A stretch of 37,255 bases of DNA from Bacteroidales bacterium (GCA_035389045.1 DAOORA010000042.1:1-37255); one strand, 5' to 3'. Shown: positions 10,503-19,512, numbered from the stretch's first letter. The notes: a model not told the origin generated them from the sequence alone. Numbers and translations: made by a program.

Positions 10503-11455
10503 TAAAAATCCCTAACGCAACGGACAGAAAACCCATTACCCTTTCCGTAGCTGCTCACATCGCTGTCATTGCTGTACATGTTCCGGCTCCAGGCGTCTGA
10601 CGCAGAGTTGTCCGTAGAACTCCACCAGTAACCGCAATCTCCAATACCGTCGAATGCTCCATTGCTGTCGCGGTAGCCACCCGGAAGGGCTGCAAAACCT
10701 GTTTCATTGGTTGCCCCATTATCTGGATCTTTCCATCCATAAATTGATTTTAATTTATCTCCGGCAACATCTTCTCCACCTAAATTTTCGGTCAGCTTCA
10801 TCATTTCTGCATCACTTGGTATATGCCATCCCTTGGGTGCAAGTCCTCTTGAGTCAACCACTGCAAACCAATTGTATAGTTTACCATATTTACTACCATT
10901 TGAATATTTATTTTCATAATAACACCAGCATCCCTCTCCCTCTGCTCCATACTTAACCCATTGTTCGACTGTTTGTGCTTCAGGTATGGCATCACCATTA
11001 GCGTAATTGCTTACATTAAGGTTCTTTGTCATCCATACCTGTTTCCCGATTTTTACCATGGCTTGCATAACATTTGAATTATTGTCAGTCATTGTATCGA
11101 CTTCCGGTAAAGTATCCATTGGCGGTACTGGTATTTTTACTACTGCAATTTTTAAATTAATTACTTTTCTTGCACTATCGTTAATTACGACAGTTTGCTT
11201 TATTAGTACTTTTGTGGAATCAAGATTTTTGGCAATAATTAAATGTGCTCCTTTATCAACATTCACTTTTTTGACATCACCATTTTTTAATACGCCATAA
11301 GAAACGCTGTCAACATACAAAATGCAATTCGTATCAACATTGATTATCAAAGTGCAGCTTCCATCAGTAGCTGGCGGCGGAGAAACACAGTTGTTAAATA
11401 GTACAGCAATAAAAAGCAGCAAAATAAAGAACTGAAAAAAAATTATATACTTCAT
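10502..11455 (-). CDS. Lipoprotein with PEGA-like N-domain and Fibrobacter succinogenes major paralogous (Fib_succ_major/FISUMP) C-domain
   Basis: Lipobox ...VLFNNC; VKIGKQVWMTKNL, YGKLYNWFAV, APKGWHIPSDAE, GFAALPGGYR, YWWSST, GFSVRCVRD. Confidence 0.9.
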   Translation of the reverse strand: MKYIIFFQFFILLLFIAVLFNNCVSPPPATDGSCTLIINVDTNCILYVDSVSYGVLKNGDVKKVNVDKGAHLIIAKNLDSTKVLIKQTVVINDSARKVINLKIAVVKIPVPPMDTLPEVDTMTDNNSNVMQAMVKIGKQVWMTKNLNVSNYANGDAIPEAQTVEQWVKYGAEGEGCWCYYENKYSNGSKYGKLYNWFAVVDSRGLAPKGWHIPSDAEMMKLTENLGGEDVAGDKLKSIYGWKDPDNGATNETGFAALPGGYRDSNGAFDGIGDCGYWWSSTDNSASDAWSRNMYSNDSDVSSYGKGNGFSVRCVRDF

Positions 11456-11489
11456 AATAGTATTTTTAACCCATGCACATACAAACTTA

Positions 11490-11648
11490 GAAACTGTTTT
11501 AATTTTATGTCACATAAGATTTATGATGGATTTTGTAGCGAAACGAGGCAGATTTTACAGACATAGTTTATCCTATGTCGAAAAATCTAACGAAGTTGCA
11601 GCAAAAAAGACGCATAAAGATATGAAAAGATAAAATCAAAACAATTTC
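11490..11648. mobile_element. MITE-like fold-back element with TTA direct-repeat flanks
   Basis: Ends GAAACTGTTTTAATTTTAT / ATAAAATCAAAACAATTTC are imperfect TIRs; TTA at 11487-11489 and 11649-11651; central GACATAG-tttatc-CTATGTC hairpin. Confidence 0.65.
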
Positions 11649-11728
11649 TTATAAAAATATTGTTTGCTATAACGGTTTTTTTTTAAGCTCAGCAATCCTA
11701 ATAAAGGCATGCAGGTCCGTTCCCCGTT

Positions 11729-11779
11729 CGGCTTAGGCTCCAGCCTAAGCCGTTTTTATTCTTACAGGCTACAGCCTGT
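11729..11779. repeat. Pair of related REP-like hairpins; possible terminator of the symporter gene
   Basis: CGGCTTAGGCT-cc-AGCCTAAGCCG (11729-11752) and ACAGGCT-ac-AGCCTGT (11764-11779) share the core AGGCTnnAGCCT. Confidence 0.6.
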
Positions 11780-11846
11780 TCCATTACCCTGTTCTTTACA
11801 ATTGTATTTTTAAAATCGTTATATCTTACGAATATTCAGAGCAATT

Positions 11847-12872
11847 TCACGAATTTGACCTGATGTTATTCCTCGCAAACCATTGTGCTATTATACTCCC
11901 CATCACAAGCTGCAGGGCATGATACATCATAATGGGCAGTAAAACAATGCCGGCTAAAGGGCTGCCTGCAAACAGCACATTCGACATCAGGCTGCCGTGT
12001 ATCAGGGATTTATTCGAGCCACAAAACAGAGCGGTGATCTTTTCTTCCCGTGTGAATTTAAACAGCCGGCTTGCGAAGCTGACCAGGCCATAAACGGTAT
12101 AAAACAAAGTGATCAATGCAATACCAAGCCCTAAAAGTAATAATGCCGAATATCCTTCGAACATTTTTTTTTCAAATGATTCACAAAATGCCGTATAAAT
12201 GATCAGTAAAATAACGATCTGATTAAAATAGCCTGTCTTTTTTTCATGCTTTTCGGCACAAGCGCCACCAACCTTATTCAGTAAAATTCCCAATATTACC
12301 GGAAACAACACCTGCAATAAAAGTTTTAAAAGTATCGGCCCGAAATCATATTCGGCAGATGACGTTTCCAGATATAATCCCATCAGGAATGGGGTGATCA
12401 GCACTCCGAGAAGCGTTGAAATACTTGAATTAAATATGGCAGCCGGGATATTTCCCCTGGCTATCGAAACCATCACCACAGCAGAAGTCACTGTTCCGGG
12501 AAGGCTCGAAAGAAAAAAAACGCCCAGCCATATCCGATCGTAACCGTGGTCACCTATGATACCCCTTGCCAGTATTACTATCAGTGGAAACAAGACAAAA
12601 GTGGTCAGCTGAACCACCAGATGGATCCGCCAGTTACTCAACCCTGCCTTCATTTTTTGAGGGCTTAACCTCAGCCCGTATAAAAAGAAAATTACTGAAA
12701 TACCCACCGTTGCAATTTCGGAAAGGGGCACGGCCGAATCTTTGGCTCCGGCATGTGGCCAGGTATAGGCCAGCAGTATCACGCCAATAAGGGCAATGAT
12801 AAACCAGTTAAGCCCCAGGATTCGGACGGTATTAAAAAATTTCAGACCGGGCGCCGGACTATTTTTCATCAT
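11847..12872 (-). CDS. Bile acid:sodium symporter family protein (SBF-like/SLC10A7 type)
   Basis: Multiple TM segments; IFFLYGLRLS, LPGTVTSAVVMVSIARGN, FCGSNKSL, LPIMMYHALQL. Confidence 0.88.
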   Translation of the reverse strand: MMKNSPAPGLKFFNTVRILGLNWFIIALIGVILLAYTWPHAGAKDSAVPLSEIATVGISVIFFLYGLRLSPQKMKAGLSNWRIHLVVQLTTFVLFPLIVILARGIIGDHGYDRIWLGVFFLSSLPGTVTSAVVMVSIARGNIPAAIFNSSISTLLGVLITPFLMGLYLETSSAEYDFGPILLKLLLQVLFPVILGILLNKVGGACAEKHEKKTGYFNQIVILLIIYTAFCESFEKKMFEGYSALLLLGLGIALITLFYTVYGLVSFASRLFKFTREEKITALFCGSNKSLIHGSLMSNVLFAGSPLAGIVLLPIMMYHALQLVMGSIIAQWFARNNIRSNS

Positions 12873-12886
12873 TGTCTTTTAAAAAA

Positions 12887-14815
12887 TCATCCGTAGATAT
12901 TCCTGTAACGTACAGCATTATCAAGTGAATCCAGTATTTCACGCGTAAACCCGCCGGGTTGTTTTTCGGGCATTTCATCAGAAGAATAATTTTTGCTTTC
13001 CAATATCCCCGGCAACACACGTTCACAGGCATTGCGCATCTGATCCAGATAAAACTCATCCACCGCATCAAAATCTTTCCCGAAACGATCACTGAACTCA
13101 AACAATGCCGCATGAACGGTTTTATAAACAACCTCCTTACGGGGATTCTTTTTCCATACCCAGTTATAAGCTTCGGAAATAAGCTGCGGAGCATAGTCGC
13201 GGATCTTATCGTATACAGGGATGGCCGACTCGTCAATTTTTATCTTATCAGGATTCTCGCGCTCCCACTGTGCATGTTCACGGGCAACCCTGGCGTCGTA
13301 TTGCGACCGCTTGAAGTCAATAAGGTAAAAAGTATAAATATATATGATCTTCGGCATCAGGTAACTGATGTTTTTTCGAGCTGATTTCAGGATGTATAAA
13401 AATGTTTTCCGGTGTACTTTTTCAGCTTTGAAGAAAAAGTATATAAATACTCCCGAAATCATCTTTCTCATCGACCATACTGATGAAAAACCCGGCATTT
13501 TCGTATTCGGCCTCCGTGTGATGTTCCGGATAAATGATATGGCGCGTTCCTTAAACTTACCGGCATCATAAATATCATCCCAATAGTCGGCAAGCCCTAA
13601 AAACAGCTCCTGCCGGCTCATCTGCCCGGGAATGATGTTTGAAATGATATCCATTTTATCGCTGGTTTCGTCAGGTTCGTTGTGGATGATCCGTCCCTGG
13701 CGCTTATAATCGTACCACATTTTAGTTCCCGGAGGCGCTGCCAGCGGATGACAAATATGGAAAATAATATCTGCATCCCTGACAAAATCAGCCGTTTTTT
13801 CAAAAACCGTCATATCATCCGATTCATTGCCAATGATCATATGAGCCAGCACCACCATGCCGTACGACTGGATTTTTTTTATGGCATCCACGGCTGAAAC
13901 GCCAAGATTCTGCTTTTTATTCATGTCTTTCAGCGACTCAGGATTTACCGACTCAATACCGATCATGAGGGTGTAAAAATTCGCATCAGAAAGCAGTTTA
14001 AGCAATTCATCATCATTGGCAATGGTGATATCGATCTGTGTGAAAAAACCAAGAGGATTCCTGAACGAATTATTCAGTTCCGTCATCCGGAGGAGCAGCT
14101 CTTTCACATACTTTTTATCACCGGCAAAGTTATCGTCCGCAATAAAAACCATCCGCACTCCCAGGTCATTAAGCCTTCTGATTTCTTCAAGAACCTGCTC
14201 TATAGTCTTACTGCGGGGTTTGCGTCCATAGGTATAGATCACATCACAGAAACTGCAGTCGAAAGGACATCCTCTTGTGGTCTGCAACGAAACCGAATTG
14301 TACAGACCAATATCCTCCTTTATCAGCTCCCACCGTGGCGGTGGTACCGTTGACATATCGGGTTTAATAACACTCTTATAAACTTTTTGATAATTCCCTG
14401 TTTTATAATCTTCTAAAAACCGGGGCCATGTCAGTTCCGCTTCGCCGTGAAAGACAACATCTATATTTGCTTTATGTTTATAAATAAGCATTTCCACACC
14501 AATACCGCCAACAACAACGATAGAGGAAGGGCAGTACTTTTTGCATGCTTCAGCTATTTTGAGGCTGCGTATCAGCTGATTCGAAGTAATTGAAATCCCT
14601 ATTATATCATAATTTTTTCCGGGTAGAAATTCTTCGGAAGGACCGCGGATATATTCATCATGAATCACCACTTGATGCTCTTCAGATGTAAGGGCAGCAA
14701 CAGCAGCTACCGCATGAGGGGCATTAAAGGCCTTAGCATTAAGATATGGAATACTGCGGATGATTTTATTATCAATCTCATCGGGTGTACCCGGGCTAAT
14801 AAGCAATATTTTCAT
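12887..14815 (-). CDS. B12-binding radical SAM protein with DUF4070-like region and C-terminal extension
   Basis: VVVGG...VFHGEAE; QTTRGCPFDCSFCDV; FIADDNF; IGIES. Confidence 0.88.
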   Translation of the reverse strand: MKILLISPGTPDEIDNKIIRSIPYLNAKAFNAPHAVAAVAALTSEEHQVVIHDEYIRGPSEEFLPGKNYDIIGISITSNQLIRSLKIAEACKKYCPSSIVVVGGIGVEMLIYKHKANIDVVFHGEAELTWPRFLEDYKTGNYQKVYKSVIKPDMSTVPPPRWELIKEDIGLYNSVSLQTTRGCPFDCSFCDVIYTYGRKPRSKTIEQVLEEIRRLNDLGVRMVFIADDNFAGDKKYVKELLLRMTELNNSFRNPLGFFTQIDITIANDDELLKLLSDANFYTLMIGIESVNPESLKDMNKKQNLGVSAVDAIKKIQSYGMVVLAHMIIGNESDDMTVFEKTADFVRDADIIFHICHPLAAPPGTKMWYDYKRQGRIIHNEPDETSDKMDIISNIIPGQMSRQELFLGLADYWDDIYDAGKFKERAISFIRNITRRPNTKMPGFSSVWSMRKMISGVFIYFFFKAEKVHRKTFLYILKSARKNISYLMPKIIYIYTFYLIDFKRSQYDARVAREHAQWERENPDKIKIDESAIPVYDKIRDYAPQLISEAYNWVWKKNPRKEVVYKTVHAALFEFSDRFGKDFDAVDEFYLDQMRNACERVLPGILESKNYSSDEMPEKQPGGFTREILDSLDNAVRYRNIYG

Positions 14816-15158
14816 TCATTAGGTTATTAAAAAACATTCTTGTGGCAATGTTACCTGGAAATTTTACAAAACCACAAAAATAATCCTGCTTCAATAATAA
14901 TTGTGCTCAAAAGTAAAAATAATTTGATTCCGAACTGCCACAAAATACCACTATATACGATACAGAGGTAAAGCCCATACAGCAAAAATAACGATGTTGA
15001 GTCCACTCCGAAAAGCCCCGTTTTTCTTATCCTGCGCCTGTATTAATTTGTTTTTTATCGGTTAGTCGTGATAATTCGAAAAGATTGTTTATTTTTACCA
15101 ATAATTAATGCGAAATGTGTGAAATAAATCACGCAATATGTACTAATTCTGTGATAAA

Positions 15159-16475
15159 ATGGATATAGAAAGAGATGCCTTAAGAAATCTGATGCAGTGG
15201 AAAGAGAATAAATACCGTAAGCCACTGATGTTGCAGGGAGCACGTCAGGTAGGTAAAACATGGCTTTTAAAAGAATTTGGAAAAAGAGTTTTTGATAATG
15301 TTGCCTATTTTAATTTTGATACTCAACCCACAATAAAAGAGTTTTTCACAAAAACAAAAGAACCACATCAAATCATAAAATTTCTTTCATTTTTGAACCA
15401 TCAGCCAATAAAACCGAATGAAACACTTATCATTTTTGACGAAATTCAGGAATGTTATGACGCTCTTAATTCATTAAAATATTTTTGCGAAGACTCGCCT
15501 GAATATTTTGTAAGCTGTGCCGGCTCATTGCTGGGGGTAGCCATGAATAAAGGAGCCACATTTCCGGTTGGCAAAGTTGATTTCTTATATATCCATCCAT
15601 TAAGTTTTAATGAATATCTTTCTGCTGCTGATTCAAACCTGCTGGCTTTTCTTGAATCTGTAGACAAGGTTGAGGCCCTGCCCGAAATATTTTTTGATTC
15701 CTTGGTTAAACGGCTGAAAGAATATTTTATCACAGGCGGAATGCCTGATGCAGTTGTTTCCATTGCAGAAAAATCTGATGTATCTCTGACTCAAACAGTT
15801 TTGCAAAATATTTTGAATGCCTATGCCCTGGATTTTTCAAAACATGTAGCAAGCAAAGACATACAAAAAATTCATTACATATGGTCTTCCCTGCCTTCTC
15901 AGTTATCGAGGGAAAACAAAAAATTTTTATACCAGGCAGTTAAAAACGGGGCCAGGGCGAGAGAATACGAGGATGCCCTGCAATGGCTTATCAATGCAGG
16001 TTTGATCCATAAAATATATCGTTCTGCAAAACCCGCATTACCCATTTCGGCTTATGATGATTTATCCTGTTTTAAGATTTATATGATTGATGTAGGGATA
16101 CTCAGGCGCTTGTCGCAACTCGACCCGATTGCCATATCCGAAGGGAACAGGTTATTCATGGAGTTTAAAGGAGCTTTAACCGAAAATTTTGTGTTAAATT
16201 GCCTTATTCGACAGTTTGAAACCATCCCACGGTACTGGGCATCGGACAACAGGGCAGAACTTGATTTTCTGTTGCAATATCAAAACGAAATCATAGCTGT
16301 TGAAGTAAAATCAGACGAAAACATAAGAAGTAAAAGCATGGCTTTTTATCGCAAAGAATTTGCCCCGAAATTAGGCTTACGCTATTCGTTACGCAATCTT
16401 AAATACGATAATGGAGTTTTAAACATCCCTTTGTTTATGGCTGATTTTACCAAAAAACTTTTATGCTTATTATAA
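15159..16475 (+). CDS. AAA_14 ATPase with DUF4143 domain
   Basis: Walker A GARQVGKT, Walker B IIFDEIQ, GGMP, KIYMIDVG, ELDF...AVEVKS. Confidence 0.9.
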   Translation: MDIERDALRNLMQWKENKYRKPLMLQGARQVGKTWLLKEFGKRVFDNVAYFNFDTQPTIKEFFTKTKEPHQIIKFLSFLNHQPIKPNETLIIFDEIQECYDALNSLKYFCEDSPEYFVSCAGSLLGVAMNKGATFPVGKVDFLYIHPLSFNEYLSAADSNLLAFLESVDKVEALPEIFFDSLVKRLKEYFITGGMPDAVVSIAEKSDVSLTQTVLQNILNAYALDFSKHVASKDIQKIHYIWSSLPSQLSRENKKFLYQAVKNGARAREYEDALQWLINAGLIHKIYRSAKPALPISAYDDLSCFKIYMIDVGILRRLSQLDPIAISEGNRLFMEFKGALTENFVLNCLIRQFETIPRYWASDNRAELDFLLQYQNEIIAVEVKSDENIRSKSMAFYRKEFAPKLGLRYSLRNLKYDNGVLNIPLFMADFTKKLLCLL

Positions 16476-16511
16476 AAAAATGTTTTGATTTTTTTCCGAT
16501 TATATATTATT

Positions 16512-16599
16512 TATGGTCAGACTGAACCCCGGTGGGGCGCTAAACTATCGTAGTGATCACTCTTACCTGCCCGCCGCAAAAGGTTCTAAGTGACCTATA
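16512..16599 (-). ncRNA. Structured ncRNA candidate resembling the 6S-Flavo motif
   Basis: Nested stems GGUCA/UGACC and GAACC/GGUUC plus a GC-rich stem, with an internal bubble AGGUAAG...GAUAGUUUAGC; GC-rich island in an AT-rich intergenic region. Family match is from recollection only. Confidence 0.55.
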
Positions 16600-16682
16600 C
16601 TAACCAAATACTGCATATTGAAAATAAATTTTGTAAAATTCATAACAGTTTCTGATTAAATTTGTGTAGAAAAAGAACAGCA

Positions 16683-18401
16683 ATGAAAAAACTGCTAATC
16701 GCTTTATTTTTATTAATCATCCTGGCAGCAAACTCATTTGCCCAGCATTTGGGTGGCGCTGCACCTTATGAATTTCAGGCAAAATACCACATGCTCGACT
16801 CTTCGGAGCTATGGTCTCCGCTTTTTGACAACAAATCCTTCACTCAAACCCCGCCTCCGGCAGGTAGCGTCCGCCCTGTTGCAGAATGGGAACCGGCACA
16901 GGCGGTGCTTGTCACTTATCCGGGACAATTCGGTATTCCTTATCCTCTGATTGCTGAAATGTCGCAGGACTGCAATGTAATTACTATTGTAGAATCATCA
17001 ACACAACGAACCACTGTTCGCAACAACTATGTAAGTTATGGAGTTGACACATCTCACTGCCGTTATATTATTGCTCCCCTTGATTCATACTGGTGCAGGG
17101 ATTATGGACCTTGGTTCGTCATGACAAACGACACTGCCGTCGGTATCCTTGATTTTAAGTACAACCGGACCAGCCGTCCAAATGATGATAATGTTCCTGT
17201 TGTCCTGGCAGGAGCATCATATCTTAATATGCCTTTATACGGGATGAATATGTATCACACAGGAGGTAACTATATGTGTGATGGTTATAAAGCCGCCGCC
17301 ATGACCGACCTGGTTGAAGATGAAAACACCTCCCTGACCCATGCTCAGATTGACACTGCTTTTAAACAATATATGGGCATCACCAACAACTACATCACCA
17401 CCGACCCGCTCGGCGATTATATTAAACACATAGACTGCTGGGGCAAATTCCTTGATGTGGACAAAATACTGATCGCATCGGTACCCACGAGCAATTCACA
17501 ATATTCCGACTATGAAGCCATGGCAACTTATTGGGCAAACCAGATTTCATCATACGGCAATAATTACCAGGTATACAGGGTTTACGAGCCTAATGGACAG
17601 CCATATACCAATTCCCTTATCCTTAACAATAAAGTATTCGTTCCATTTGTCCCAAACAATACCACAAATAATAATAATGCCCTTGCCGTGTATCAGCAAG
17701 CTATGCCCGGTTATGAAATTCTTGGATTTTCTTCCTCATCATGGCAATCAACCGATGCCCTGCACTGCCGCACTCACGAAATTGCCGATAAGGGAATGTT
17801 GTATATCAAGCATTATCCGCTGCTTGGCCAGAAACCCGTGCAGAGCCTTTACGCCATTAATGCTGAAATATACGCCCTGAGCGGTAGCAATATCATCGCC
17901 GATTCGGTGTACATAAAATACAGGGTTTTCCACAATTCATGGGGCGTATGGAACAAAATCCTAATGACCCATACCATGGGAAATTCCTGGACAGCTAGTA
18001 TTCCTCAACAGCAGAGCGGCGACACTATTGTCTATTACGTCCATGCTTCCGACCTGTCCCCGCGTAACGTTATGCACCCGTTAATCGGGCAACCCGATCC
18101 TCACAAATTCTATCTTTATGGCTCTTCAACAGCGGTTGCAGAAAATGGGAATGTCAAAGCCCTCGTCTTTCCAAACCCTGCCGTCGACTACTTGTTTATT
18201 CAAATGAAAAATGCCAGTAATTCAGCCATGTCTGTCCGAATATTTGATATGGTAGGCAAAGAAATAATGACCATAAATGAAAACAACCCACTCGATCATA
18301 TGATCAGGGTTGATGTAAGCAAATTCACTGCAGGCACATACTTCTTAAAAATTACCTGCGGAAGCTTATCAGAAACAAGGAAAATTAACTTGATACACTA
18401 A
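16683..18401 (+). CDS. Agmatine/peptidylarginine deiminase family protein with T9SS C-terminal domain
   Basis: Signal peptide from ATG 16683; AEWE, WCRDYGP, GGN, HIDC, ALHC catalytic motifs; VFPNPA...AGTYF CTD. Confidence 0.88.
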   Translation: MKKLLIALFLLIILAANSFAQHLGGAAPYEFQAKYHMLDSSELWSPLFDNKSFTQTPPPAGSVRPVAEWEPAQAVLVTYPGQFGIPYPLIAEMSQDCNVITIVESSTQRTTVRNNYVSYGVDTSHCRYIIAPLDSYWCRDYGPWFVMTNDTAVGILDFKYNRTSRPNDDNVPVVLAGASYLNMPLYGMNMYHTGGNYMCDGYKAAAMTDLVEDENTSLTHAQIDTAFKQYMGITNNYITTDPLGDYIKHIDCWGKFLDVDKILIASVPTSNSQYSDYEAMATYWANQISSYGNNYQVYRVYEPNGQPYTNSLILNNKVFVPFVPNNTTNNNNALAVYQQAMPGYEILGFSSSSWQSTDALHCRTHEIADKGMLYIKHYPLLGQKPVQSLYAINAEIYALSGSNIIADSVYIKYRVFHNSWGVWNKILMTHTMGNSWTASIPQQQSGDTIVYYVHASDLSPRNVMHPLIGQPDPHKFYLYGSSTAVAENGNVKALVFPNPAVDYLFIQMKNASNSAMSVRIFDMVGKEIMTINENNPLDHMIRVDVSKFTAGTYFLKITCGSLSETRKINLIH

Positions 18402-18405
18402 CTGA

Positions 18406-18701
18406 CTGAAGTTTCGCATAAAAAATAAAATAGACAAATACCAATCATTTGTGGATTGCAAAGAGATTAACACTATGGGAGACAACTCTTTCACATATAG
18501 TCAAAAAGAACAAAACTTCGATCAGTCAGAGCAGTAATTATGCTACACATAAATAGAGCATATTATAACAATTGAAGGTTCGCATAAAAAAATAAAATTG
18601 ATAAATTCTTATAATTTGTGGATTACAAAGAGAATAACACTATAGAAAACAACTTTTTTACATATAGTCAAAAAGAACAAAACCACGGTCAGTCAGAGCA
18701 G
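18406..18701 (+). repeat. Two diverged direct copies (~130 bp) of the element's left end
   Basis: 18406-18534 and 18572-18701 share TTCGCATAAAAAA, ATTTGTGGATT, CATATAGTCAAAAAGAACAAAAC, TCAGTCAGAGCAG. Confidence 0.9.
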
Positions 18702-18702
18702 A

Positions 18703-18808
18703 TTCTCCTTTGTGCGCCTTAGTGCAAACACTTTGTGCGCCTTAGTGGTAAAAAAACTTAACCACGAAGTCGCACGAAGGAAATTCACAAAGGGACACGA
18801 AGGAAGAA
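18703..18808. repeat. Imperfect palindrome of CACGAAG-type units
   Basis: Two CTTTGTGCGCCTTAGTG units followed by opposing CACGAAGTCGCACGAAG and CACAAAGGGACACGAAG. Confidence 0.75.
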
Positions 18809-18945
18809 ATAAATTGAACATCAAGAAAATGGTTCGTATCAACCCTCATTGCCGCGCTGTGTCCGGCTGCGTGACATAAAAAAATCATGCGAAACTTTAG
18901 TAACTGAATAACTCCAGTGCAACCCGCTAAGTACAGGTTAGCACA

Positions 18946-19323
18946 TCAATTCGAATGATGCGGACAAGGCATGCCCCCTTCTTTTTTTATGCATTTCTTT
19001 TCGATCACCATCTTCATGCAGGTTGAATCGCCAGTTGTCGTGCTGTCGCCGGGACAACAATGCCTGAACATACCAAAATCCGGCATATCGGCGCATTTTT
19101 TCATCATCAGACGTTCGTTATCATGAAATCTTTTCGATTGAAGAGCCCTGTCCCCGATGTAGTATGCGCCCAAAACACCAAGAATAAGTACAATGCAGAT
19201 AAAAAAAGTTCCCAGCCAGATCTTTTTGTTACTTCTATCAACAAAACCTTTAATAATTGTTATAAGACCTACAAAACCTAAAACAACAGCAATCATGCTG
19301 AAAATCAAAAATAAAATTTTCAT
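18946..19323 (-). CDS. Hypothetical membrane protein (2 TM) with Cys/His-rich tail
   Basis: Two hydrophobic helices; tail HCCP...C...C...CPHH; -7 box TATTTTTG on minus strand at 19355-19362. Confidence 0.65.
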   Translation of the reverse strand: MKILFLIFSMIAVVLGFVGLITIIKGFVDRSNKKIWLGTFFICIVLILGVLGAYYIGDRALQSKRFHDNERLMMKKCADMPDFGMFRHCCPGDSTTTGDSTCMKMVIEKKCIKKEGGMPCPHHSN

Positions 19324-19512
19324 GGGTTTCAGTTTAAGTTTATAATTTTTACCACAAAAATAAGCAAATCAAACAAAAAAGTCAATGATTATCAAAAAAT
19401 TAGAATTCAAATCAGTAGCACCCACCCTGTTCCCTGAAGAAAAAAGTCAACAACACAAAACTTATTTTAACGGTATGATGTAAATCGCAACATCCCCTCA
19501 ACACCTGAATTG

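Larger units (their letters stand above)
18406..18900. mobile_element. Non-autonomous IS-derived element with TIRs and target-site duplication
   Basis: CTGAAGTTTCGCAT (18406-18419) vs ATGCGAAACTTTAG (18887-18900): 13/14 inverted match; TAACTGA duplicated at 18399-18405 and 18901-18907; no transposase ORF. Confidence 0.8.

Noticed and set aside
14940..15060. Possible riboswitch (e.g. cobalamin) upstream of the radical SAM gene
   Set aside because: No B12-box or other recognisable aptamer consensus on either strand
18406..18808. Repeats as a CRISPR array
   Set aside because: Only two long diverged copies, no repeat-spacer periodicity and no cas genes; the IS-end duplication explains them
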